56,231 nucleotides of DNA from Carpediemonas membranifera BICM. Taxonomy: Eukaryota; Protista; Fornicata. Position numbers and translations under genes: made by a program. A model generated the notes under the pieces. The model was not told the origin of the DNA and made no database searches. It was given only the letters and a program-made list of their open reading frames with translations. The stretch covers positions 47,964-104,194 of the forward strand of contig JAHDYR010000055.1 in assembly GCA_019828565.1 (NCBI GenBank), read 5' to 3'. Within the stretch, counting starts at the first letter, position 1. Each line of letters begins with the position of its first letter. Of this stretch, positions 22,718 through 35,224 are shown one piece after another.

Positions 22718-23217
22718 GGGGTTAGTGATAAACGGATGATGATGCTAGAGTTGCTGTGGGTCTTTGGGGGACTGGCATATTCATTGGCGACTGGTGCCCT
22801 ATGGGATATAGACGTAGTCTACCGGACCGTCTGCCCAGTCAGACTTGAAGGTAAGCGGAGGCACCGGACGATCTTCGGCTGAGCGGTCGAGGTCTTATTG
22901 ATGCTGGCTCTTAGGTCGAATCAGAGTCAGATCAATCCTGGCCAGTTCGAAGAAAGGCAAGAATACTATGCAGATGAACGCCAATCAAGAGGAACAGCTT
23001 CAGAACGCCACAGCTTCGATTCAGGAGCTCATGGTCACCGTCCAGCAGCTCAAGCAGGAGCTTGCCACGCAAGAGGACCAGAAGCGTCTGGAAAAGACGA
23101 TCAAGCAGCTCCGTGAGGAGTCCAACGTTGTCTGGCAGCGCCCCGCCAGCAACACGATGAAGGAGGAAACAGATTTTCTCGAGAACCTGTACCGCACCTT
23201 CAAGTTTGGCGAATGCT

Positions 23218-24998
23218 GATGCCTGCATCACACTTGAAACAACTCCCCCACCACCAAGAGGGGACAGGCCCAACCCACAGGGCGGCCTGGAAAGGTGGCC
23301 CGAGCACCGACCCCAAGCGCAGCGGGCCTGGAACCAATGAGGACAACACCACATGTTCCGGTAGCGCCAGGCGGAGGGAAGGCTGCAAAGGACCACTAAG
23401 GGACAACCGCATACAACAAGCACGAAATAGGGAAGGCCTGGCAAAACAGCTGGGCCAGTAGGGCGCAAGCGTCCGGACAAGCAGTCCGGCGCATCCCTCC
23501 GGCGCGCAAGGGGGTACCCCCTCCCCACACAGTGGGGGCGCACCAGGAGGATGATGCATGGCAGACTGGCGGAGGTACTGGATGACGCAAGAAGCTACCC
23601 ACTCCGTCGGTAACCTGCCGGGAAGGCAGGGCCATCCTGATGTGGCCCGGCCATACTGTGAAAGTCGGCAGATAATCTACGATTTTTTCTAGATAATCTA
23701 GGGCCTAAAAACCCTAGATTATCTATTTCTTCCGGACCGAAAATGAAGTATTCATTGAATTTAGACAATTTACGGGAAAATGAATACCTTCATTGCATAC
23801 TAAAGCGCGTATGCAGAGAGCCTGCAAGAGGTCCAGTGCGGTCTAACCACTGATTTCGACTTCTTTGCGACGCAGGTTAAGGCAAAACGATGAAACGAGC
23901 AATATCTCAAAATTGACACGTTGGAATCGGTACGAGAGTGATTTTGCAGACTGCTGACGGGATGTACATATGCGCAAAATTGCCTTCTCTTTCGCGAATT
24001 TGACTCTGATCAAGTCGAAAACCGAAAAAACGACCATATCTCGAAATCTACACGTTGGAATCGGTACCAGAGTGATTTTGCGCATATGTACATCCCGTCA
24101 GCAGTCTGCAAAATCACTCTCATACCGATTCCAACGTGTCAATTTTGAGATATTGCTCGTTTCATCGTTTTGCCTTAACCTGCGTCGCAAAGAAGTCGAA
24201 ATCAGTGCTTAGACCGCACTGGACCTCTTTACAGGCTCTCTGCATACGCGCTTTAGTATGCAATGAAGGTATTCATTTTCCCGTAAATTGTTTAAATTCA
24301 ATGAATACTTCATTTTCGGTCCGGAAGAAATAGATAATCTAGGGTTTTTAGGCCCTAGATTATCTAGAAAAAATCGTAGATTATCTGCCGACTTTCACAG
24401 TATGGCGCCTAGCCAGGAACACTGGAAGACGTGGCAACCGCCCCTGGGAGCTCCCCCCGATAATGGGAACCTGGAGTGAAATCGGACAGCGCTAGATGAG
24501 CCCGAACGCAGCCGGCAAGTCCGTGGAAGTCTACCTACGCGGCGTCGGTGGGTTCCTAACCCGGCCCAGCTGGTACGGCGAACTCTAGACCCGACCCCGC
24601 CCTGGCGGGTGCCTGAAACATGGCGAGCGGGTCGAGGAAACTCCAGGACCTCCCTAGGGGACCCGGGGGAGAGGGGAAACGTACGGAAGGTCCCTGACAG
24701 CAGCGTGCAGGGCAAGGCTTTGTAGGTGCCAGGCAGACCTGGGACCCAAAGGGCCCCTAAGAGTAAGACCTGGGTTAGCCTAACTTTGGGGGTATTAATG
24801 TGGCCATGTATAGGATCCCTCTAGCGTACCAGCTAGGCCTTGACGGCCGTTGTTCACGCCCTCTTAGGAAGTGTTAGGTGTGCTCTGTAGAGGTACCAAC
24901 ACGCTTAGGCGTTCCTCGAAGGGGTGACACAAACTGTGACATTCAGCTTACACAGCAGGACGAGTAGCAGGACACATTAAATTCTTTCTTTCTTTCAT
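23218..24998 (+). mobile_element. 5'-truncated, degenerate non-LTR retroelement insertion
   Basis: 14-bp TSD GTTTGGCGAATGCT (23204-23217, 24999-25012); 3' tail of TTTC repeats. Confidence 0.8.
23656..24400. mobile_element. 745-bp foldback MITE with about 325-bp inverted arms
   Basis: TA|CTGTGAAAG...CTTTCACAG|TA; arms 23656-23980 and 24075-24400 nearly perfect; repeated AGATAATCTA motifs. Confidence 0.93.
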
Positions 24999-26064
24999 GT
25001 TTGGCGAATGCTCAGGCTACGCCGTGCTGTCGCAGATATATTTGCGCCACCGTGTGCTCTGGGTGAAGGACCGTTACGGATACCTCCCCTCCCTGCAGGT
25101 CGCCACCGCCGGCGCAGCCGCTCTTGCTGAAAGCCCCGAGATGGGCCCAGCCGAGATTAACGCAAAGGTAGTGCTGAAGACCCTCGCCAAGAACCCCCAC
25201 CTCAAGGAGAGGAAGTCCGAGTCGTCCAATTTTCAGGGCGCGGGCAAGTCCAAGAAGGGCCCGAAGCGCCTTTAATAGACTACCATCAAGATCATCATCA
25301 TCATTTAGCCTCTTCCTCCTCAAACCTCATCTCCTCCTCCCTCACATCTTCATCCCTCCTCAACCCCTCCCATCTCCTCCGCCACGCCCGCCGTCGTCGC
25401 CGCCACCCCGGACCGCGGCTGTCAGTCCTCCTCCACCACCTCCCCCAGCTCCACGCACGCCTCACCAGTTTCCGAGTCTCAACGCAAAGTGGAGGCTCTG
25501 GGAGTCCTTGGGCGCGCCCTCCGAGGTGGTTGGGTGGCTGAGGGACGGGGTGCCAATCGAGATCCGCGCCGCACCCCGGCACCCTGCGCTCCCGCCGGTC
25601 CGGCAGCGCGACAGACGAGCGTTCCGCGAGCATCTCACGACGCTCCTCGCTCTGGGCGCGGTCAGCCCGTTCCGATCTCCCCGTCTGGTCTCCCCTCTGT
25701 TCACAGTCCCGAAGGGCGAGAGCCAAGGTCTCGACCTCTTGGAAGGCGGCACGCTTGGCGTTGGCGAGCGTCTCAGGTTCGGAGGCCTTGACCCGGCGGC
25801 GCAGTGAATCTGGGGACCCACAACACCGCACACTGACCACCGTGACCTTCGAGCCAACTCGTGAGATGATCCAGACCTTTCAGGAGACTGTTGATGAAGT
25901 GTGGGAGTTTGTAGAAGAGCATACGACGCTGACGTGGGGTGAGGAGGGCACGATGTCATGCAGTCTGGCGGACCATGGCATAGAGTTAGTTTGCTGCCTG
26001 TGTGGAGAGTGTAGCAGACAGAATTGAGGCATCCGCGTGATATAAAGTGATGTAAGATGGTTCC

Positions 26065-27009
26065 GTGATAAATTCATTCATTTTTCATATGTGCCACTTT
26101 TTTTTCATGAATGGCACATTTCACATTTCGCAGGTTTCACAAAAGTTTGTGAAAATGAACCAAACGGGGAAAGAATCTTGGACAGAGGATACTCTTGCAG
26201 CCCATAAGGCTTATATACAGTACGTAAGACTTTCTGATAAGTCAGACATCATCCCCAGTGTCCGTACGTTTTTTAAGCAGGACGTTGCCACGAGAGGAGT
26301 TGATGACATCGATCATCGCTTCTTCATGTTTGTTCACCCAGTGTTACCCAGGTATTTACCCAGATTGGTTGCGATTCGTGACTGCAAGACTGATTCCCTC
26401 ATTTCGGCCTTGTTGCTCACGAAGGAGTCATACAACACCGAAGCTACTGATGAAACCCCTTCCGAGCTGCGCCAGGACTTATATGTCGTGGTTATTCGCA
26501 CGGCATTCTATGCCAGGGGCAATGGTCTCGCCACGATTCTTCTTTCGGTTGCCTCTGCCGGACAGAGGATCCGCCTGCAGTGTGTAAGTTCTCTTGTGCC
26601 AGCCTACCAGCGTATGGGGATGTCCATCTCCAAGCAAAAGTCCTCGATGGAGTACCTGGATGATGCGAAACTGGTGACCATGGAGGCAACATACGGCCCG
26701 AACAAGTGGACGAAGCTCGGTGAGAGTCTCGTTGCTTGCCATGGATATGCCATGAAGTCCTGGAGGGCTCCCCCGTCCGTCGACTACGGTACGGCTTTCA
26801 CTTCTGTGGACCAGGTCCAGCCTCCCCCAAAGAGAACCCAAGCAACCCAACCCACCCTGCCCACCAAGCCCTCGGACAAGCTCAACCGCTACATTAAGCG
26901 TCTGAGGAAGAGTGTTACCCCGCACCCGACGCGCAAGAAGCAACGTGAGATAATCATCGCCCTTTACGACAGCAACCGAAGGGATTTGGTCCAAAAAGAT
27001 CGTGGATAA
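26065..27009 (+). CDS. Putative GNAT-family acetyltransferase with a basic C-terminal tail (start may be 26155)
   Basis: LYVVVIRTAFYARGNGLATILL (acetyl-CoA motif A RGxGxA) and LVPAYQRMGM (motif B-like). Confidence 0.65.
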   Translation: MINSFIFHMCHFFFMNGTFHISQVSQKFVKMNQTGKESWTEDTLAAHKAYIQYVRLSDKSDIIPSVRTFFKQDVATRGVDDIDHRFFMFVHPVLPRYLPRLVAIRDCKTDSLISALLLTKESYNTEATDETPSELRQDLYVVVIRTAFYARGNGLATILLSVASAGQRIRLQCVSSLVPAYQRMGMSISKQKSSMEYLDDAKLVTMEATYGPNKWTKLGESLVACHGYAMKSWRAPPSVDYGTAFTSVDQVQPPPKRTQATQPTLPTKPSDKLNRYIKRLRKSVTPHPTRKKQREIIIALYDSNRRDLVQKDRG

Positions 27010-27132
27010 GAGATCAAAGATGCGTAAGGATTACCAGAAAGAGAACTATTTCGAGGAAGAGTGGTACCATCTGCTGTCTGAGAAGGAAGATGAGGAAGAG
27101 AATGAAGATTAAATGAAGAAGCAGTCGATTTA

Positions 27133-27817
27133 TTACTCATTTGAGTTGACGTTAGCTGCGTGGAAGAGCAGGAGGCTCGCGTAAACGGGTATACGCAGAA
27201 CATCACGAGCCTCTGCAGCGGCACGGGCAGCGTTCCTCTTCTCAATCACAGCGGCGAGGTCCTTGAAGGTCTTCGAGTGCTTCTTGAGGACAAGCTGCGG
27301 ACGCTCGAAGATGAGCTTAGTGTCCTTGCGGCACACACTCTCTAGAAGGACCTCTCTGACCTTGTCGACAGAGATACCAAGCCTCTGGGCGACGAAGGCG
27401 TAAGCGCGGGGGCGGACCGACTGAGGGATGCCGTGGAACAGCTCGGTACTCACGGACAGTTGCCAAGAGAGGGCTGCCATGGTCGACCTCATCTCCTTCG
27501 GCGTCCAGGCTGATGAGGGCCCTGAAGCGCTTCTCCTTGGCCTCAGAAGACTCGCCCTTGAACTGCGCCATGATCTTCTCGATGCTGTCGAGAGTACGGA
27601 ACTCCGCTTCATCCCTAAGATCCTCCGGAACGAATGTGGGGAGGTCATTGGGGCGTCTGTCAACCACCTCATTGCAAATGCGGTTTCCGGTGGCGACATC
27701 GGCAGCGGAGATGCTTCCAGCAGCGTGCTCCTTCTCTAAGTAAGTAGAAATCATTTCCACAGCGTTTAGACGCTTTCTGCCCTTGCTCTTAGCAGAATTA
27801 CTCCGTTTCGGAGGCAT
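27133..27817 (-). CDS. Hypothetical protein with a basic N-terminus and HTH-like segment (frameshift near 27480)
   Basis: MPPKRSNSAKSKGRKR (NLS-like); AYAFVAQRLGISVDKVREVL; two overlapping ORFs with coding-like codon usage. Confidence 0.55.
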
Positions 27818-28339
27818 AACGTTTCTTCAAGGTGCACTTTATGCTCGCAACGAAATTAGAAAACCAAACGAAGAAAGGAGAAGAGTATCGATCCTCAAAC
27901 GCTGGCAAGCATGTGTATATCACTAAAACAACATCATGAGAGCTCTGTGGCCTCGAATGGCCTGTAATAGAACCTAAACAACATCAACAATTGTAACTCG
28001 TCGAGGAAGCGTTGAGATGAACTATAAACGCGGGAATGGATCAAACAATGGATTTAAGAGTGGAATACAAGGCCAGAATACCGCAATTATCGTCCGTTGA
28101 TCCACGTGACCTCCATCTTGGTCGGTATCCAGAGAACGCCCGTCAGACGCTTGCAACGTAACATTTAGGGGGGGCATCCTGAATGGGGCCAGATTTGAGG
28201 GACCCTTGGTCTGACATGCCATGACCGAGCACTCTAGGGGCCTCCACAGTGCGTCCCGATGTGCGTTGGAGCATGTAGACACGACACCTTGAAGACGCCT
28301 TAGCCTGCACCGCGCTCTGAGGCCGCCGACTCTTCTCCC

Positions 28340-28416
28340 AGGTGCTATAAAGCCTATTAGCTCGAATATCGCTATGTTTTCGCCCGATATTGGAGCTGAT
28401 AGGCCTTATAGCACCT
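28340..28416. repeat. Imperfect hairpin with about 32-bp arms in a divergent intergenic region
   Basis: aggtgctataaagcctattagctcgaatatcg ... cgatattggagctgataggccttatagcacct. Confidence 0.8.
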
Positions 28417-28597
28417 CAGAGGCACGGCTGTGAGCAGTAACCCGTCAATTTTCACCGACATGGGAAATCTTAGAAAGGGCTGAAAAGCTCTCAGAGCGTG
28501 CACCAAGCATGGCATAGGCGCGTACTGAGAGAGATCTGACCTGGCATGTCCCGGCTTAAATGTTCTATACTATTTTATATTTCTGCTATACGGCCAA

Positions 28598-31500
28598 ATG
28601 AGCGACATAGCATTCTGTTTCCTCGAAGACTGGCTTGATAATCACAGTGACAGTGCTATTCTCGCCTTGATGGAACAGTTCGCCAAGCTTACATGCAGTC
28701 AATTCTGGTACCTTTTCTGGAACAAATGGTTCCAGAATTGGTTCCAGAATGCCAGAAAAAATGGCATTTGCAAGAAAAACTAAACGCGTTCAAACAATTT
28801 AGCGACGCCTTGCCACGGGGTGTAAAGCAATATGCAACTAATACTGGGCCCAAGGAACTTTGATACGTACTGCTCTCATGAACTCACTCACTTTTCAGCA
28901 GAGCTCGACCAAAAACTAACAGAGGCTTGCCCGAGGTGTGCTTAAGCCAGCTCCAACTCTCTCTCAGTCTGTGACAGCTCCCCCAAAAAATTATTCTTGC
29001 TCAAAGTTGAGGTTTTCGGGAAATACTGCCAAAAAGTTTGCTTCTGCTCAAGAACGGGGGATGCGCGTTGGATACCGACACCGTTACGTAACAGTTTAAC
29101 ATTCATTATAACAGCGCTAGCCTCCAGATTTCCTTGCGCACGCCTTTATCTGGAGAAAATAGCACAAACTTTCGCAAGCAAACGCAAATCGATAGAAAAA
29201 TATGTTTCATGTCCAACGGAGCTAAAACTGAGCACAGTGTTATTCATCCTTCTATTCTACTAGTTTATCACTTCAAAAGGATCTGAACTTCAGTATTGAT
29301 GGTGTTATAGGCACTGGTTCGGTTCGAGTCAAAACTGACTAAACTGTGACGACGGCTAGGTGTTGAAACATGCCATACTCACTCGTAGCGTGGCGCTTAA
29401 TAGTGCCAGAATTGCTTCACTGCCACAAATCAATGGAGGTTCATGTTTGTGCATAAAGTACACAAACATGAGAAGACACGAATTCGTCACTGAATTAGAG
29501 ACGATGCGCATAAGAATCAAAGATTTGGTTCAAATAGAGGAATACTACCTCTTTGCAGACGATATCGCGAAGGAATACCTTGATGTTGCGTCCATATACC
29601 TGATGAAGGCAATCCTACGTTCTCAGTGAGGCAACTAGCAAACATGAACCGTATCAAGAGACAAATATTGAAGCACTCCCCGTCCACATCATGTTTGATA
29701 AATTTTCTGGTGTCATTCTGCTGTTAATATCAGACAAGCAAACAACGTAGTGATGCGGAGAGACCGCGTGGCAGGGCATGATGCACCTGTTGATACCAGG
29801 AGCGCTGTCTGGTATGATGATTAATTGCAACGAACGCGATCACCGGAAATTACCTTACCTTACCTTACCTGCAGGTACCATGGGTGTTCGTTTTCGTCTC
29901 TAAACGCCATCGTGTAAGAGCATAAAGAGCATTTTCTGTTTACTGTGCCGTTGGGGGATTGATGGCGCTGGCGTAGGGGTGCTGTGTAGGCGCCAGGGAT
30001 GAGGCGCCAGGATGAGGCGCCAGGATGAGGGCGCCAGAGATGAGGCGCCAGGGATGAGACGCCAGAGATGAGGCGCCAGGGATGAGGCGCCAGGAATGAG
30101 GCGCCAGGATGAGGCGCCAGGATGAGGCGCCAGGATGAGGGCGCCAGAGATGAGGCGCCAGGGATGAGACGCCAGAGATGAGGCGCCAGGGATGAGGCGC
30201 CAGGAATGAGGCGCCAGGATGAGGCGCCAGGATGAGGGCGCCAGAGATGAGGCGCCAGGGATGAGGGCGCCAGGGATGAGGCGCCAGGATGAGGGCGCCA
30301 GAGATGAGGGCGCCAGGGATGAGGCGCCAGGATGAGGGCGCCAGAGATGAGGGCGCCAGGAATGAGGCGCCAGGATGAGGCGCCAGGATGAGGCGCCAGG
30401 ATGAGGGCGCCAGAGATGAGGCGCCAGGGATGAGACGCCAGAGATGAGGCGCCAGGGATGAGGCGCCAGGAATGAGGCGCCAGGATGAGGCGCCAGGATG
30501 AGGGCGCCAGAGATGAGGCGCCAGGGATGAGGGCGCCAGGGATGAGGCGCCAGGATGAGGGCGCCAGAGATGAGGGCGCCAGGAATGAGGCGCCAGGATG
30601 AGGCGCCAGAGATGAGGGCGCCAGGAATGAGGCGCCAGGATGAGGCGCCAGGGATGAGGCGCCAGGATGAGGGCGCCAGAGATGAGGGCGCCAGGAATGA
30701 GGCGCCAGGATGAGGCGCCAGAGATGAGGGCGCCAGAGATGAGGCGCCAGGGATGAGGCGCCAGAGATGAGGCGCCAGGAATGAGGCGCCAGAGATGAGG
30801 CGCCAGGAATGAGGCGCCAGGATGAGGCGCCAGAGATGAGGGCGCCAGGGATGAGGCGCCAGGGATGAGGCGCCATGGATGAGGCGCCAGGATGAGGGCG
30901 CCAGGATGAGGCGCCAGGAATGAGGAGTACAGTATTAGAACCCCGAGAGAGCAGGAAAAGCATCAGAAGTAAATGAACGAAGTAAATATGTCGTGGGAAT
31001 GACTCAAACACTGACTAAGCCATCGACTTGGCGCAGCTGACCCCAAATTGTTCTGATTTCATTTAGTGTGCACTTTAGGGGATAGTTTCATTGCAACGCC
31101 AAAATGGCGAGTTCAGGTTGTAGCAATGATCTGATGCGCGGAATGTACTAGAAAACATTGCAATTACAACGCAAAGCAGCGAAAAGCGGATAAATCAACA
31201 TCAATAACAACATCAACACCAAAAGAACAGTATCCCAAAGAATTGTGGGCGTTGCTGCGCCAAAGAGCAATAAATGACCACAAAGCATTCGCTTATGCAC
31301 AATTAGCTGCCAGAAAGAACACTACACCGTTACTTTGGATCATTCCAGTTCGCCGGAGATGACGCAGGTCCAGAACGCTGCCTTGGAGGGCTGGTGAAGC
31401 GGTAGTGTAGCGCTTACTCGCCAAGCGGGCGATGGTCTCGACGGGACGGTTGACGGTCTCAAGGTGGCCCTGCTCTTCGACGTACCAGGCGGACATGCCG

Positions 31501-34500
31501 ATGACGGAGCGGCGCTGACCCTGGCGGACGTTATCCTCGCCCTGGGTGAAGCTGTTCTTGCCGCAGTACACGTCGATACCGATGGTGAGGCAGGGCTGTA
31601 GCATGGAGGCCGAGAAACCATAAACTGCACGGATCCACAAACGTGGATTGGCCTGAACGACAGCGCTGATGCCCAGACAGTCAGATATACATTCATTTAT
31701 TCCTGTCTCGCTCTCTTGCCTGTCGGATCGCGACGCTTGACCCACTCAAATGCCTCATCTGTGAGGTAGACAGACATGCCGCTGTCCTTATCCTTCCGAG
31801 TCGAAACCTTCTGTTTCGAAACCTTCCGAATCAAGGTTCGGCAAGGGTCTTTGGGTCTCGTTGTTGACATGCGACGGCAAGCCCACTCTGAGGTCTCGCA
31901 TGAGCCCCCGCACACGATGCAATGCCCTGACAGGACAAGCGGGGGGTCATTTGTATCGGCCATGTCTGTCTTAAGCTGCTCCACCTGGCTAGGAGTCAGG
32001 TTGCGGGCCTTGATCGTACCCCGGGTCTTGCCTGTGTCTTCGGGCCTGGGCCTCGGCTCATCCTGGTCTCTGACGTCCGAAGTCGTCATCGTTGCCTGCT
32101 CCAAAGTGGTGGGCTCCGGCTGAGACCTGACGCCTGGCAGCCTGCGCATGGTCTTACGGCCGCCGCTACGCAGCCTCTCAATATCCTTCTCAAGACTGTT
32201 GACCTTCGTCGTCAGCGCATGATGTTCACTTGTCGCGAACGAGCGACACTGGCGACTTAAGTAGCGCGATGAACGTCTTGCCTGTGTCTTCTGGCCTGGA
32301 AGAATAGCCCAAATGACCTCAGATGCAGCAAGTTCCATACATTCGATGCTTTCTGGAGTAAAATAGAAGCAAGCTGCCATAATCGCTGCAACAATCTTCC
32401 GCAAAAGGTCTCTGTCACGTGTATTATCAGCCATCGTACTGTCACACCATTTTGAACTCATCAAATATTGAGCGTACAATATCACGTAAAGGGGGGCGTT
32501 TTGGAGGAAATGACGCACAATACCGTTGCTTTAGCACTAGTTTGATATTGAAGGTTCACTTTCAAGACTTTTTGCGTGGTCACCTTTGGAAGGTGACAGT
32601 GCAACACCGAAATTTTGTCTATACACGTCATATACAAGGTCTAATGCATCTTTGCCAACCACTTTTAGCGTTTGTATGTGTCAGACGATCGAGTTCTGAA
32701 GAGCGACTTTGGCCAAGTCATGCGACCTTGTCCTGCACTGACGATACGAAAACCGATCATAAATATTTATTGAGACATCTGCATGCAGTATTAATGTGTC
32801 CAGAGGTGAAGCTAGGTCTATAGAGTACGCACACCAACTTTAGAACTGATCCGCGAGATTCGATCAAAATCGATCAAAGAAACTGGAACCAATTCTGGAA
32901 CCATTTGTTCCAGAAAAGGTACCAGAATTGACTGCATGTAAGAAGCAACAAGCTAAGAGCGACCTCATGCGAGCGAGTTTGCTCAATGAGGATAAGATTC
33001 TTCATGCTGTGGTGAAACAACGTTTGTATACGGCAAATCATCAGCATCAGTTTCACCAGTATCTGCTCCTATCTCGAGCTCAGCAAGGAGAAACGCGATG
33101 AACTCCGCGAGAAATTGCTGACGCAGTTTAGGAACTTGGACAAGGATGATCTCAGTGACTTTCTCGACCCGGGTGAGATTCAGGAGCTCTATGCCGCTGG
33201 CTTGAAGTCCTTCAAGGCCAAAGAGCGTAAGAAGTCGGCCCAGGACAGTCGCGCCGACATCAACAAGGCTACGCAGCGGTTCGCTGACAACCACAGCAAG
33301 GTGGCGGTCGTCCTCGAGCGAATTGAGGCGATGGTTGGCACTGAGTCTCGTGCGGGCAGAGTTCGGATGCGCCAGGGAGACTTGGAGCACATGACTGTGT
33401 CCAGCCTGAGCTTGCTGTCCCAGTACATCATCACGCGCAAGGATTACGACACCACTTGCGATGTATTCCATGAGCCTGCTCGCTTCGTCGCCAAGAGAGC
33501 ACGTGCCCAAATGGAGAAGCTGACAAGAGAGATCTCATTGCTGAAAATGCAGCTGAAGAAAGCAAAGAGTGAGCTTCAGGATGTGCACAACCTCAGCATG
33601 TCGTTACCTTGCAGCCCCATCCCGCCACAGTCTGGCACGCTCTCCAGGACTTCCTGCCCCCGACGCGCTACGAACGAGCCCGAGGCCTCCATGTCTGTGA
33701 AGCGCAAGGCCCTCATCACCGCGCCGGAGAAGGCCAGGCCTGAGGACTCGGAGGAGGAGTCAGAGGAGGAAGAGGAACCAGTGGAGGAGGTTGAATCAGA
33801 GGAGGAGCAGCAGGAGGACGAGATGGCTGAGTCAGAGGTGAATGCAGAGTCAGAGGAGAAGCGTGAGGCAGATAAGGAGCAAGAGGCAGACAACGAGGTG
33901 GCATTCGAGGCTGAGTCGGACGTTGAATATGTCCAGGTCGACCACGTCGACCCAGCTTCCGAGCAGATGAGGAGCAGGGAAGTCAAGTTCAGAGTTGACG
34001 TCGCCAATCAGCTGGAGAAGAACAAGCAGTGGGCCAGATACAAAACCCTACCCCACGGCAACTGCATAACACACTGCCTCATGATGATCGAGGGCGTCAC
34101 GGAGCCTCATGCGTTCAAGAGCTGGGAGACGATGACGAATGAAGAGCAGTGTGCAGCGGAGACGAAGGCGGACAACTACCGCGAGCAGATATACAAGGAA
34201 GCGATAGAGATGAACCGGCGGGCCACTCCGGGGTACAGGCGGCCCGAGGAGGGTCTCCGGGACGAACTTTTCCATGAAGTGTGCAGTGTACACACTGTCA
34301 CGGAGGAGGGCAACATCGGTAAGCCAATCATGCAGGAGAAGTGGTTGACTCAGTGGGCTGTTGAAGCCTGGTGCTCAATGACTGGAAAGTCCGTTGCATA
34401 CCTCCATGTTGTCCGGGATTCTGACCCAAAGATCGATCCAGTCGTCGGCATGTACGTTTTTAGCAAGTTTGAGGAGGGCAAGGTGACACATGTCGCGTTT

Positions 34501-34668
34501 AAGCCCAACAAAAAAGGCCAGCGCCCTGGCGTGTTTTGCCCAACAGTGTCGCGAGTGGGAAATCGAGTATGCGGTCGAAATGACAAGGGGACACGCCACT
34601 CTGCGCAAGGTTCCTCCCGGGCTGAAGAGGAGGAGATGGTCAGTGAAGAATTAAGAGTAAACGATTGA
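28598..34668 (+). CDS. OTU-like cysteine protease gene disrupted by a TIR element (segments 28598-28691, 32941-33025, 33060-34668)
   Basis: Removing 28692-32940 gives in-frame MEQFAKL|KKQQAKSDL; predicted 34-nt GT-AG intron 33026-33059 restores the frame; YKTLPHGNCITHCL..YREQI..KWLTQWAVEAWCSMTGKSVAYL resembles OTU. Confidence 0.6.
29988..30925. repeat. Minisatellite of 13-15-bp variant units (GATGAGGCGCCAG core)
   Basis: Dozens of tandem variants differing by single G/A insertions, with higher-order duplication. Confidence 0.97.
31697..32518 (-). CDS. Hypothetical protein (coiled-coil plus Cys cluster) carried inside the TIR element
   Basis: 273-aa ORF; LTTKVNSLEKDIERLR; HCIVCGGSC..C..C. 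Confidence 0.45.
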   Translation of the reverse strand: MRHFLQNAPLYVILYAQYLMSSKWCDSTMADNTRDRDLLRKIVAAIMAACFYFTPESIECMELAASEVIWAILPGQKTQARRSSRYLSRQCRSFATSEHHALTTKVNSLEKDIERLRSGGRKTMRRLPGVRSQPEPTTLEQATMTTSDVRDQDEPRPRPEDTGKTRGTIKARNLTPSQVEQLKTDMADTNDPPLVLSGHCIVCGGSCETSEWACRRMSTTRPKDPCRTLIRKVSKQKVSTRKDKDSGMSVYLTDEAFEWVKRRDPTGKRARQE

Positions 34669-35224
34669 TATACCGACCGTATCGTTTATGTTTATGTGAC
34701 CTTGAGGTTGATTTGCGGTAGGTGGGTATGGTGCTATATTCTCAGCCTGCTGTGCATGTCTAGTCTACAGCCTGTATGCAGCTGTCTGTGGTGGTAAATA
34801 TCGTCGGCTGGCCGAGAAAGCATAAAATGCACACTTGTGCATTCGAGTACAGTGACGAAATCCCTCAATATGCTACCAACAGTGCACTTAATAACCAATA
34901 TCAACGCCGAAACGCGTTTAGTTTGGAGCCGTCCAGTTTTTTGCGCTAGTAATGCCTCCAAAACCCTTTTAATCAACATCATCTTCTGTTATCGACCATG
35001 TCAACGAGAATGATCCGAATAAACGACGATTTGGCACTGAATGAACCTTGTAATGAGACTGGTCAAGCCTGTGAACACGAAAACAGCTCTCAATAACAAC
35101 ATCAAGAAGGCAAGACATGAAGATGGTTTAAGTGGAGGAGAGCACTGGGAACGAGAGCAGTCGGGAGAGAGCAGCCGGGGGATGAGAGCCCCAGGAGAGA
35201 GCGCCCGGGGGAGAGAGCATATTG

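Larger units (their letters stand above)
11580..22750 (+). mobile_element. YR (DIRS/Ngaro-like) retrotransposon C, near full length, split by Gypsy-2a; ends approximate
   Basis: ORF1 11650-12087, RT-RH 19920-21779, YR 21773-22717; reading frames rejoin across the GCGG TSD when 12262-19863 is removed. Confidence 0.88.
22968..25720 (+). mobile_element. YR element D, 5' fragment (ORF1 and start of RT), interrupted by a non-LTR insertion
   Basis: ORF1 halves 22968-23217 and 25013-25275 join at FKFGEC|SGY; GAPSEVVGWLRDGVPI..LVSPLFTVPK (25508) matches the element C RT N-terminus. Confidence 0.85.
28692..32938. mobile_element. Non-autonomous TIR element with cargo (4.2 kb)
   Basis: Perfect 56-bp TIRs (28692-28747, 32883-32938) starting CATGCAGTCAATTCTGG; TA TSD; no transposase seen. 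Confidence 0.85.

Noticed and set aside
29360-29629. LFADD as a reverse transcriptase motif
   Set aside because: No other RT motifs around it
29988-30925. CRISPR-like array
   Set aside because: No unique spacers; eukaryotic context; it is a plain variant minisatellite
29860-31011. 383-aa ORF (and ORFs 35461-35931, 42915-43454)
   Set aside because: Translation of a stop-free minisatellite strand; not evidence of a protein
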